Assembly (NCBI GenBank): GCA_951406725.2
Contig: OX597825.1
Location: 47,802,001 to 47,866,000 of the forward strand
Direction: 5' to 3'
Length of the DNA stretch: 64,000 bases
From: Octopus vulgaris
Lineage: Eukaryota
The notes under the pieces are model-generated. The model did no database searches, was not told the origin of the DNA, and saw nothing but the letters and a program-made list of their open reading frames with translations. A program made the position numbers and the translations under genes. Every line of letters begins with the position of its first letter. Within the stretch, counting starts at the first letter, position 1. This document shows positions 49,620 through 61,978 of the stretch, piece after piece.

Positions 49620-51367
49620 GAACATGGAGAGGAAAAAAATAGATAGAAAGAATAGAGAGAAAAAAGAGAGAAAAGATAGAGGGGAAATAGAGAGAAAGAA
49701 AGCAGAGGGAGAAAAAAGAAGGAAGATGAGAAAATAGAGAGCGAAACAAGGTAAGGGGACAATGTAAGTAAAGGATAAGGGTAATAAAGTTCGAAAAGAA
49801 ATAGTAAAAAATTCGGATCTTTTCCTTTTGAACGGCACATGTCAACACAATTTCTAGTTAACTAAACACTTTAAAACTTCGTATACTGGTAGAATGTGTC
49901 AAAATAAAACATTTTTTCCTCTTGGCTTTCTTGATAAAATTGTAATTTGTTTGTTTAACGTAGTTTAATTTTTCGAATTTTAACCAATGAATCGCCTATA
50001 GTGAGCTAAAATCATTTGCTGCGTCTAAAACTGAGACAACATCCTGTCACTAACCCTAACCTTCACCCTCACCCTAACCCTAAATTTTAGCCTTTCGTTT
50101 TTTTTTTTATTAATTGTTAAATTAATTTAATTGTTACGCATGTGTCTAAAATTATTCGTTTTGTTTTTGTTTTGAGTTTTTGCTTTCGTTTTAGCCTTTC
50201 GTTATGTATACGTATGGAAAGCGTGTGTATAAAATTATAGAATTATTTTGTTTGTTAATTGTTTAAATTATTTTCCATTGCTTTCGTTTTAGCCTTTGGT
50301 TCTTTTTTTTTTAATTGTTATCCTTAAATTAATTTAACAATTAAGAAAAAAAACGAAAGGCTAAAATTTAGGGTTAGGGTGAGGGTGAGGGTGCGGGTTA
50401 GGGTTAGGGTTAGGGTTAGTGACAGGATGTTGTCTCAGTTTTAGACGCAGCAAATGATTTTAGCTCAATTAGAGGCAATTGATTGGTTAAAATTCGAAAA
50501 ATTAAACTACGTTAAACAAACGAATTACAATTTTATCAAGAAAGCCAAGAGAAAAAATGTTTTATTTTGACACATTCTACCAGTATACGAAGTTTTAAAG
50601 TGTTTAGTTAACTAGAAATTGTGTTGACATGTGCCGTTCAAAAGGAAAAGATCCAAAAATTCAAATATAAATATTCGGATAATAATGTTGGAACCACAAA
50701 TAAATATTAAAATTAGAGTAACAAGAAAATATAAAAAGTATAAAAATATAAAGAAATATAAAAAGATATAAAAAGATATAAAATAATCGTAAAAACAAAA
50801 GAATTAAGATAAAGAGATAAGATGCTAAAAGAGTTGAGAATAAGATTTAGGTTTTGATGTGGTGGTAAGGGTCATAAATCACTTCTTATTTCCGGAGGGG
50901 TGGGTTGAAATTTGATAATGTTGTAGTGAGTGGTCACTTTACTGCAATCTGTCACTACATGCTTTAAGTTTATAGTGTATGTGTGTGTGTGTCTGCATAC
51001 CTACCCGTGTGCATATATATAAACATTTCTCATACAACACAGCATGAGATACACAGTTTTAAGTATATGGAATCACACACATATCCTCATACACATCTAC
51101 AGTTAAATCCTAGTAAATATATACACAACTAAGGATATGTACAGATATAGATATCTATACACATACACAACTACACACACAACTACACACATATATATAT
51201 CTTAATACACATATATGCACACACGCACATACATACACACATACGTACATACGTTTTCTCTCTCTATTTTCTCATCTTCCTTTTTTTCTCCCTTTTCTTT
51301 CTTTCTCTCTATTTCTCCTCTATTTTTTCTCTCTTCTTTCTATCTATTTTCTTTCCTCTCCATGTTG
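49620..51367. repeat. purine/pyrimidine-rich inverted arms (49620-49748 / 51253-51367) enclosing the MITE
   Basis: AACATGGAGAGGAAA...GAAGGAAGATGAGAAAATAGAGAG vs CTCTCTATTTTCTCATCTTCC...TTTCCTCTCCATGTT. Confidence 0.75.
49815..50654. mobile_element. foldback MITE with ~310-bp TIRs containing telomere-like (TAACCC)n; 8-bp TSD
   Basis: Termini GGATCTTTTCCTTTTGAACGGCAC / GTGCCGTTCAAAAGGAAAAGATCC; TSD AAAAATTC at 49807-49814 and 50655-50662; TAACCC-like units at 50051-50082 and TTAGGG at 50367-50418. Confidence 0.9.
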
Positions 51368-51748
51368 TCCATATTTTTTCTTCCCCTTTTTTTTTCTTCC
51401 TCTTTCCTTCTCTTTATTTCTATTTCCTTACAAGGGGAATGAACCCATTCAAATCTATTTAACATTCACTCTATGTTGACTGGTGATACAGTATGGACAA
51501 ATTTTCGAAATCCAATGATACGCCTATTTGGTTGTGGAATTTTACAAATACACTTTCTCAGGGAGATATGATATACCTCATATTTTTCATAGTGTGATGT
51601 AACTCTTTGGAATAACAATGCATGCGGCTGAAGAGAGTTTTAAACCATCTTTTATATCTCTTATACACTGATGTAAGAACAGGTCGTTTATAAAGCTTGA
51701 AACACGTGTACCGCGACATCCTTTGTGTTCTGGTTTTGATTTTATTTG

Positions 51749-51822
<74 letters not shown>

Positions 51823-52639
51823 TAGAGGCAGGTGTTCTCTATATAGAATACACTTGTAATAAATCATGGCGGAAAATTTATATTCTGTTTTGTATCTCAC
51901 GATTATGCTTGTTAAAATTACATGTTCCATTTGACGGTCAGAGAGAGGGGGGATCCTTTTTCAATTTTCTCTCTCTCTTTCCCCTCTTATTACCATATCG
52001 CTTTCTATCCCGTTCTCTCAAATGACGTATCACCCATAACATTGCAACGCACACGTAAAAGCAGTCTCTATATATAGACATCTATCTGCAACAATGCCTG
52101 AAGAATGTTAAAGTTTAGCTATATATTTGAATACCCAGATCAGAAAGCGACTTTCAAAAATTTTTTATCAAACATGTTATAGATTAGATACGTAGGACAA
52201 AAGCGTAAAATACACGGCTGAAAGTAATTGTTATTTAGGAGACAATTAGCAAACAAATGTACTCCGCATAGAGAAATCAATCTGTATATATATTACCTAA
52301 GGACATACGTTGTAAAGCAGATATTCATCGTCCCTGTCACTTATGAAACTAGTCTCAACGTGCCAACAAAGACACTATAGCAATACTTAAAGAATGATAT
52401 AAGAGAGAATAGCAGGTCTTTTTGGCCTTAACATTGTGCTTCAATGACATCCAAGAAATATGATTCTATAAACTAAATTGGTGGTAACAATGCAAGCATC
52501 GTTCTGAAAGACCGTCGTAGCGACAACTTGAATGTATGGTAATAAAGACAACTTCAGTATATATGCATACATGTGTGTGTGTGTGTGTGTTTGTATGTAT
52601 ATACATTCATATATCTCTATATTTACATATATAAATATA

Positions 52640-52682
<43 letters not shown>

Positions 52683-53037
52683 CCGTGTGTGTGTTTAATT
52701 TCTATTATACTGTTTAGCTATTTCTAGTCTCTTCTATAGGTCAAAGTTACCACGTAATTATTGAGGAACTAAGGAGAAAGGTAAAAACTATGTTTACAAA
52801 GCTATGTTTAAGATCCACTAGATAAGTAAGGGGAACAGTTTTGATTTCTATTATCGCACTCGGATCGCGATAATGATCTAATGATTTTTCTTTACCGCGT
52901 TACGTCGTTTGTGGAAATCAGACAATGAAGTCATTCATATTTTTAGATATTTAGGGGTTTTTTTACATAATTTTGGTGACATCGTATCCGACATCTCGAC
53001 TATCTTCTTTCTGTTTGTCTGCTTATCTATCAGTTAA

Positions 53038-53039
<2 letters not shown>

Positions 53040-53113
<74 letters not shown>

Positions 53114-53152
53114 TTCTCTATATTCCTCTCTTCCTCTCTCTCTCTCTCTCTC
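53040..53152. repeat. (CT)n microsatellite
   Basis: Direct read. Confidence 0.95.
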
Positions 53153-53307
53153 CGTCATATTTTCGATGAAACGTATAATTACATGATTATGTCCTACGTA
53201 TCTAATCTATATTCATATGTGTGTGTGTGTGTGTGTGTGTGCGTGTGCCTGTGTGTGCCTGTGTGTCACAACAAAAAAGAATGGCAGTTCTATATTAAAG
53301 AGATGAG

Positions 53308-53470
53308 GAATTATTTACATTATTTACATTTGACGGATATTTGTCCTCATCTTGCTTGTTGTTAACACGACGTTTCGGCTTATATATCCTCCAGCCTTCA
53401 TCAGGTGTCTTGGGGAAACTTCGAACCTGGGTTCTCATTCCTAAAGTATTTTTTGATGTTATTATTATTA
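53308..53470 (-). mobile_element. 3' body of tRNA-headed HHR element (family C); inverted partner 55471-55662 (+)
   Basis: Reverse complement of 55510-55662 over about 150 bp. Confidence 0.85.
53364..53409 (-). ncRNA. minimal type I hammerhead ribozyme
   Basis: GACAC-CUGAUGA-A-GGCU(GGAGGAUAUAUA)AGCC-GAAA-CG-UC-GUGUU: full canonical core, GUC cleavage triplet, stems I and II, palindromic ACGU stem III. Confidence 0.8.
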
Positions 53471-53521
53471 TCCTCCTCCTCATCATCATCATCATCATTA
53501 CTATTATTATTATTATTATTA

Positions 53522-53582
<61 letters not shown>

Positions 53583-53584
<2 letters not shown>

Positions 53585-55424
53585 TATGTTTGACTTTTGC
53601 TTTACATTTGCACAAGCTGGCTCCAAGTCTCACCCAGAGACCTCAAGAGACAACAAGTTGGAAGTTCATGTTGGTGATATGCCTAGGGTGCCATATATTT
53701 GGTTTTGTACTTAGTGTTATACTAGTAAATGTCTAAAAAAAACGAAAATTATGTGTGTTTTAAAACTTGAGATTACATAGAAAGTATTTTGCGTAGGATA
53801 TGAACAGTTCCCATGAGCACTATCTTTTGAATTTCTGCAATTTTGGCGTTTCCTGGTATCAGAGGTAGGTAGTAATCAGCCCCTTTGCTATCAATCCCAG
53901 GGCACCTATGACAACAGGTATTGTTTTAGTCTTCAGGTTCCGCATTTTGCTGATTTCTATTTCAAGATCTTTATATTTGCTCAGTCTCTGATAGGTCATG
54001 ACAGATATATTTATATCGATTGGGACAATGAGGAGGCATGTTTTTTGTCTGAAGTCTTTTACTATAATGTCTGGCCTATTCGCGTCTATCTTTCTGTCAG
54101 TTTGAATGGTGAAGTTCCAGAGGAGTGAGATGTGGTCATTTTCAAGCACTGGAGGTGGTTTGTGTTCCCACCAGTTTTTATCATGGGGCAAGTTCAGGCT
54201 TTTGCAAATTACCCAGTGAATATATTGTGCAGCTCTATCATGCCTGTTGAGATACTCTGTAGGTGCAAGAAGACTGCATTTGGAGACAACATGATCAATG
54301 GTTTCATTTTGTTGTTGACATACACGACATGTTGGGTTACTGCCATTCTTTAATATGTTGGCCTGGTAGTTCCTTGTAGGTAGGCATTGATCTTGAGCTG
54401 CTAAGATAAACCGTTCTGTTTCAGATTTTAAGCCAGAGGCCATTAGCCATTGATGTGTCAGGGCTTTGTCAACATCTGCATTATTCGCTCTCTTTGGGTA
54501 TTTGTCATTGAGAGGTTTTTCTTGCCATTTAACATTCAGAATATCTAAGGCAGCAGTTTTAGCACGGGTTTTCATGCGCTTAGTTTTTTTTCTGTACTGG
54601 TTTCTTGTGTGTCTAATTCCGGAATTTGTTGTATTCGGAATTCACTTAGATATTCCTTTGCCTGTTTTGTTACTGAGTATGATGCTTTCTTGTTTTCATG
54701 TTTTGAGACAAGTTTTAACATCCAGTCCTCAGAGTTTTTCAGGTAGGTGTCTAGGCCAATTGTAGCAATCTTCATTGTTATTGCCAGTTGTAAAAGTCCA
54801 CGGCCTCCCTCTTTTCTTGGCAGATAAAGTCGTTCTGTATCTGCCTTAGGGTGGTGCATTCTATGCATTGTCAACAGTTTTCGTATTTTTCTGTCATATT
54901 TCAGTATTTGACCAGTTAACGATATTGAAGCTGTAAGTCACGACTGGTATGGCTAAAGCATTGATTGCTTCGATCCTGTTTCTTGCATTCAGCTCTGTCT
55001 TCAGTATTGCTCTTAATCTGCGATAACATTCTCTCCTGATCCTTTCCTTCATTTCTGAATGCCTTATTCCGTCCCCTTCAATTACGCTTAGGTACATGTA
55101 GCTCTCCGCTGGGTCTAATTCTTTTATGACATTCTGCTGATCGAGGTAAACGTTAGATGTTTCTGTCATTTTTCCTTTGATAAAAGTAGCTTTTGCACAC
55201 TTATCGAGGCCAAATTGCATTCTGATGTCATCGCTGAATTGTTTAACAATCGTTAGTAAGCCCTTGAGTTGTTCGTCATTTTTTGCAAAGAGCTTTAAAT
55301 CATCCATGTAAATGAGTTGATTTATATTTTTATCCAACATTTTATATCCGTACTGTGCATCATTGAGAAATTTTGAGAGAGGTAATAAGGCTAATCAAAA
55401 GAGGAGTGGTGATAGTGAGTCGCC
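53583..55424 (-). mobile_element. young 5'-truncated Dong/R4 LINE inserted in (TAA)n
   Basis: GDSLSPLL at the 5' junction, YMDDLKL, GGRGL, AAQDQ, CCHC finger, NRPDII, KYKDL, 3' UTR; same family as 40167-41798. Confidence 0.95.
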
Positions 55425-55477
55425 TGCCCGGAATCGAACGTGGAATCTTGGAGTTAGTAGCCCGCGCTCTTAACCAC
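55419..55477 (-). promoter_or_regulatory. tRNA-derived Pol III head (partial A box, B box)
   Basis: Minus strand GTGGTTAAGAGCGCGGGCTACTAACTCCAAGATTCCACGTTCGATTCCGGGCA: D-loop GTGGTTAAG, anticodon-like arm, B box GTTCGATTC. Not a complete tRNA. Confidence 0.7.
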
Positions 55478-56613
55478 AAGATTCCGAGTTTGATTCCAGG
55501 AAGTGACTTGAATAATAATAATAACATGGAAAAATACCTAAGGAATGAGAAACCAGGTTCAAAATTTCCCCAAGACATCTGATGAGGGTATATAAGCCAA
55601 AACGTTGTGTTAACAACAAGCAAGATTAGAGCAAATATCCGTCGAATGTAAATAATGTAAAAGAGAATTGGTATATTAACTGCAGGTGATTCTGTTTTTG
55701 AGCATTCTCTAGTAACACAACTCAGCTAATTAGATAGACCAGTGATAATCATGGGAAACCACGTTAGCCCATACAATTATATTTGTATTCCTGTTCAATT
55801 AGTAAATCCAAAGTTCGCTTCTGAAAATTTCAGATTATAGTATAAAACACAAAGAAGAATGGAGAATTATACATTTGAATTCAAAATTGATAAACTATAA
55901 TTTGTTTATGCGCGTTTCACATAAGCTAGTGTTGCGTAATACAATAATGTGCGTCAGTTCATAGAAACTTCTCCCAAAATTCCTATTTTGCTTTTCACAC
56001 GTTAACTTGTGTAGGTTTAACTATGTAAAATGTTTTAGAGAAAGAAACCTAGCTGTTTCTTGCTTCTAAAACAATTTTTTTTCAGGAGCCTTTAAGATAG
56101 TATTGTAGACCCCCACCCCAATTTACTAATTTGCTGCGTGGATCCCCAAAATCTTATATGGACACTCAGGGGTCATATGGAACCCGGTTGAGAACATAGA
56201 TCAAGAAAATCAATATCAGCCAATTTTCTCAAAGCTATTCGCTACACATTTAGTACCTCTGTTACTGTTTACTTTATATTTTGTGAATGTGTGTATGTCT
56301 TTTTTTAGTACCTTTAGTATTTAAAATAGTATATTAAATACAGTTTAGTCCTAGTTAATTCCTGTATTTAGTAAATTATGTTTTATTTAAGGGTTGTTTG
56401 TGTCTCTTATTGTCCAGTACATCATTCTACGTGATTGCGTGATATGTGTTTAATCCGTCGTTGACTCAATTTTTCAGTATCCATTTTTCTACTCTTTGCA
56501 GTGCTGTAAGATCGACATCACATTTGGAAAGATGCCCGGGTCACTACAGACAATATATCGTCTGTAATACAGAGGTAAGCGATTTATCTTTAAATAGCCG
56601 TCGTCCATGTTTA

Positions 56614-57810
56614 CGAGAGGGTACCCAAAAGAAGCAGAATTTTGCAATATGATTTTATTCACTTAGTTTTACATATGTTTACACTTTTATCGCCATCAAA
56701 GTATTTTCCATTTGAAGCAATACATCGGTCCAGACGCGTTTTCCACTGATCGAAGCAGTCCTACAACTCTTGCCAAATGGTGCCTGTTAACGCCCCCGTA
56801 GCTTTTTTTTTTTTTTTTTGCAACTCTTCCACATCTGCAAAACATTTTCCTTTAAAAAATTTTTTCTTTCAGGGGAACAAAAAAGTATCACAGGGAGAAA
56901 GATCGGGTGGAGAGGGAGAATGGGTAAACGGGGTTAGGCCACTTTTGATCAGAAACTGCCTCACACTTAATGCCGTGTGAGAAGGAACACTGTCGTGATG
57001 AAACCGTCACTCTTCACTGTTCCACTGGTCGGGGCGTTTTCGTCTCGCCGTGTCTCGCAAACGCTTCAGAATTGCGAAGTAAAATATCTGGTTAACAGTT
57101 TGACCAGGAGGAACAAATACTGTGTGGACAATTCCTTTCGCATAGATGAATTAAATCAGCATCATTTTGACATTGGACTTCACTTTTGTGACATTGTATG
57201 CTTCCATTGACTTGATTGCTGCTTTGTTTCCCGGTCATAGCCATAACAACAGCTTCCGTTACCAGTGATGACCTTCATAAAAAGGTTCACATCATCTTTC
57301 AACCGTTCTTTCAGTTCACAGTTCTTTCGTTAGCAGGAGCCCTAGCACACACCAGTCATATCAACAAGTTCTTCAGTTGTGCGAAGACAGTTCTCCAAGA
57401 TCAGCTCATGAATTTTCGTGATATTTTTATTCGTTCGGGAAGTAGACGGTCACCCTGGACAAGCTTGGTCTCCAAGCCACAAGTGATAATTTCTAAAGTG
57501 TGAAAGCCACCCGTAAACTTGTGTTTTGCTCATAGCAATGCCCTTGTAAGTCGTTTTAAGCATGACAACTGATTCAGTCGCTGTTTTCCTCTGCAGATAA
57601 CAGAATTTCAGCCATTGCAAAAATCGACGAAGAGAGTAGTAGAACTGCAAAACAAAGACACACCACGTGGAAGTACGACCACAGCCATCACTGCCGGTCG
57701 GTAGACTGATGGCTGAGGGTTGCATTAAGTGGCTTCTAGCAGCAGAAGCCTGAACTTCAACGGGCTTGTCCCACAGAGAACGTTTCCGGTTACTTCTGGG
57801 TAACCCCTCG
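56614..57810 (-). mobile_element. mariner (DD34D) transposon, decayed, both TIRs
   Basis: TA-flanked TIRs CGAGAGGGTACCCAAAAGAAGCAGAA / TTCCGGTTACTTCTGGGTAACCCCTCG; KFC...KTATES..ML...MSKTQVYGW HTH; HHDSVPSHT and PDLSPCD motifs. Confidence 0.9.
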
Positions 57811-59143
57811 TATAGTGGGGATCTATTAATTTACATGTTTCAATAATGATAGGAAATCGCACTTTAAATACATGAGAAATTTGCCTTCATAGCTTCTATA
57901 CGTTCGTGGTATCGTACACTATTCCGGATTTTCAGGGTTTATTTATAAAGAAAACAGCTTCATCATTTTTCATGGATCTAGATTGTTTTTTCTGAAAAAA
58001 ATTATTCTTGGAATTCTTACACCCATTGAAATTTTAATCATAGGAATGAAAATAGAGTTGTGGGACGTTATGAGAGAAGGTAATAAAATTCACTAACAGT
58101 CAATAGCAATCTTATTCTTAACAAAGGGATAAGCTATGCTGAAAACAGACCATATTTTCTAACTGGGCACAGCCTCTCTTATTGACATCATCAAGTGTTC
58201 TGTTTATCAAAGCAGAAAATTTTAGCAGAGTCGTTTGAGAGTTCGAAAGAATGCCTAGTAGTATTTATTGTAGCTCTTTGTACTCTAAGTTCAAATCCCA
58301 TCTTTGTCTTGCGGGATCGATAAATAAATTATCAGTCAAGTACTTCTGCAACTCTCTCCGTCGGAAGTAAGAAGGTCGGGAAAACTCTTACAGCGTCTCT
58401 ATTTACCATAGAAGATATTGATATATTACCGGAATTGTCCATGGAAGAATGGTTGTGAAATATAGCATGGACTGGAAACGATGAAGAAGTTATATTCACT
58501 ACTATTTCCTTTGAATTATATTGCTGATGCAGGTCCACTATGGATTCCTCTTATGCTGGATTTCAACACTTTTCTCAAGAGTTTGATGGCTAAGCTGTAG
58601 GAAAACGTGAAGAGATCGGGAAATAAAATGAGAAGACAATAACAATTTATTTCTGACAATTAAATTGATATGTTGGAATTGTTTAATAATGAATTCTCGG
58701 TTCCTGTGTTGCAGATATATCAGTGTTACATCTGTCTGTCAAGATGTAAAAGGTTTCAGGGTCTCTGTTAATGACAATATGGCTTTCTTATTTCACAGCA
58801 ATACTTTGTGACTCTGAGACACAATTGTTCATTATTCGTAATCACAATAATTCTATTACCAAAGTATATTTCGATCAAATGTTGATTGCGAAAAATTATT
58901 CAGTATTTCATGACGGCCATTTATTTCAACGCTACTAATCATATCAATTGCAACGAATTGATATAAATCTAAGAAAATGCTACAAACATGTCTTCAAACT
59001 AGATGTTTCAGCTTTCCTAAAAACCCAGGATGATTTAAGTTTCTGATATGACATGACAGTTATAAAACCTGTGAATACTTTAAACATAGAAACTTATAAA
59101 ATATCACAACATATAATTGGCTTTTTTTTATGAACTGCTACAG

Positions 59144-60459
59144 CAGTGGTTTTCAACCAAGGTTCCGCCAGTACAGTCCAGGGGTTCCGCAAGAAGTTAC
59201 ATAAATGCTAAAATCGACAGTAATTTTTTAATTATCCTGTGCAGATATGTGTGTACGTTAGGCCTACGTGTACATCTACGAGTTACTCGCCAGCGTAGAT
59301 GACCCTGATCCTTGGTGTGTATATGTACGTGCACATCTACGAGTTGCATGCCAGCTTAGATGATGGTTTAGTTTTCTTTTGTAAAATACGAGTGATTATA
59401 TTTGGAAGAAACAATTTAACTGTGTAAGCCATTTAGCTGTTGTTGTTAATACGCCTTTTAAAAGATCTTTAGAAGAGTTATTGACCTTTTGTTTGCAAGA
59501 AAACCTGAAAGACTTTGTAGAATGTTTGAATGATGTTCCAAGGTAGCATATCTTGCCGATATATTTCATGAGTGAAACCTCTTGAACAATGGCATGCAGG
59601 GCAGGAACGAAAATATCTTGTCTTCTACTGACAAAATAAATGCTTTTCAGAAGAAATTGGCGATATGGAAGAAATGCATAGCTACAGGAAATTTGAAAAT
59701 GTTTCCAAATGTTTTTAAAAGGAATTGTCAAGAAATTGCGCTACTGATTTTGAACCATTTGCACACTGTTAACAAATCTTGACAAATATTTTCCATCGAT
59801 ATCTGTTGACCAGTATGACTGGATTAGAAACCCATTTGTGGAATTTGAGCCATTTGAAGAACAGTTCCCATTAACAGAAGAACTTACCAGTGTTTTAAAT
59901 GACAGAACATTAAAGTTGAAGAATTCTGAGCTTAACCTGAATGCATTTTGGTTGCTGATTGAAAAGGAATATCCTGCAATTGCCCAGAAAGCGCTGCGAC
60001 TTCTTGTGCAGTTTTCAACCTCCTACTTGTGTGAATTTGGATTTTCAGCCCTGAGAACCATCAAGCACAAGAAGTGAGCACAATTGCTGTCTGTGGAAGA
60101 TGAACTTCATGTGTGTCTATCAAAAACACGACCCAATCTTAAAGAGTTGTGCAAGAAACACCAGGCTCAAGTTTCTCATTGAGTTTTTGGTGAGAATAAA
60201 TGTAATCTATTCAAAATAAAGATTTTTTAATACATGTTTTAATAATAACTGTAGATGCAAGAATAGAATTGCATATGTACGTGACAACTTTTTTACAGTT
60301 TGTGTTTTTATTGTAAATAAATCTGAACATGAGTATTTTCATTTCATTAATTAAATGCTGTTTTTTGCATAAGACAATTAAATTATTGCACAGGTGTTCC
60401 TCGAGCCAGTGGAATGTTTCCTTGGGGTTCCGCTCCAGCAAAAAGTTTGAAAAGCACTG
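59144..60459 (+). mobile_element. internally deleted hAT (Buster/Charlie-like) DNA transposon
   Basis: TIRs CAGTGGTTTTCAAC / TTTGAAAAGCACTG; exact 8-bp TSD TGCTACAG (59136-59143, 60460-60467) with central TA; hAT dimerisation motif FW....KEYP.IAQKALRLLVQFSTSYLCEFGFSAL. Confidence 0.95.
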
Positions 60460-61186
60460 TGCTACAGAATCAGGCAAGTCTACCCCTGGACAGGAAACTA
60501 GCTTATTTCAGATAAAAAATTCACGACCAAAAGAATTGAAATATACAGAATGTGTTATCCAAATAGGTTGCAGAAGATTCGAACGCATGACCTTGAGATG
60601 GAATTGAGATACATTGGGTTGTAGGTAATCTCGCTTTAACAATTTTAGCTATTGTAAAATTGCACTAATGAGTTGGAAAACTTCAGTAAACCGATTTTAC
60701 CTAAGCAGTTAGCTAGTAAAAACTTCTCGGAATGTTTAAAATCTACAAACAAGAAAGGAAGAATCTTTTAATCGATCTGAACTAGTTCGAGTTAACTTCC
60801 AGGATACTAAGTTCGTCGTTATCGATATTTTTTAGATAACATAGATCATATTTATTGAAGTGGATCTATTTTTTAAATGACATATTTTGGATAATTTAGA
60901 TTGCGAAGTATATTCTATTCAGTTGGAAACCTTATAGGGCCATTGTTGTCTTCTAATTGCTTTGATAGTCTCTTTTATTTGAAAATTTTAAACCTTAGTA
61001 TTTTATATGTTTAGGTGACCCTACGATATTTCTTGGCGGGTAAAAACCTGCTCCTGAGTTATTTCCCTTATATGTGTCTATAGGTACACACATAGATTTA
61101 TAATTAAATAAACATACAAATTGAACATACACACACACTCACACGAACTTAAATGATTATATTCATATATGCTCACAATCATTATC

Positions 61187-61365
61187 TCATACATACATAC
61201 ATACATACATACATACATACATACATACATACATACATACATACATACATACATACGTACATACAAACATACATACATGTATACAAATATACACACACAC
61301 ACATATATATATATACACACATATACATACATACACAGGCGCACGCACACACACACATACGCACA
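61187..61365. repeat. (ATAC)n/(AC)n microsatellite
   Basis: Direct read. Confidence 0.95.
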
Positions 61366-61978
61366 CGTCCCTGAATAACTAGTGCAACATGATTTACTTC
61401 GTTCTTTTACAAGTCTAATATATTCTCTTTGAGATTTTTTAATTAGATTTATGAAAGGTCTGAGCATAGACAGTAATTAGCCACTGTTTATAAACGGAAA
61501 GTTTGAAATATTTTAATCTGAAATAAAATCTCTATAGAAAAGTGAAGCAGCTCTAGATTTTGGAATCTTCATGCAATCTGACATATATAGAAAGAAACAT
61601 AACTAAACACTTCACTGACGCCACATTTCATTCATTTCATTAGACCTGCACAAAATGAAATTATTTAACTCCAATTTTATATTTTTAGCTTCAGGTTTTA
61701 CACTTTATCCTTAACCACTCTATAAGTTGCTTATAGGATGGATCACCAAACGTTTTAACACGGAAGTTCATGTATAGACACAATGGTAATAGTTATGCAG
61801 AAAAGAAAGCCATATGAGCAGCTATATCTGCGTGTGCATGATTGGTATGTGTATGTATGTATGTATGTGTGTGTGCTTGTGTGTCTATGCATGTGGCATG
61901 TATATATATATGTGCGTGTGCGTGTGTGTGTGTGTAAATGCGTATGTGTTTTTATATATATGTATATAAAAAGTTGTA

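Noticed and set aside
50051-50418. True telomere or chromosome fusion site
   Set aside because: Few degenerate units, located inside the TIRs of a TSD-flanked MITE.
55419-55510. Functional tRNA gene
   Set aside because: The 5' acceptor strand and most of the A box are missing and it is fused to repeats; it is an element head.
59582-60181. Domesticated ZBED5/SCAND3-like gene
   Set aside because: Frameshifts and stops, internal deletion, and intact TIRs with TSD indicate a dead transposon.
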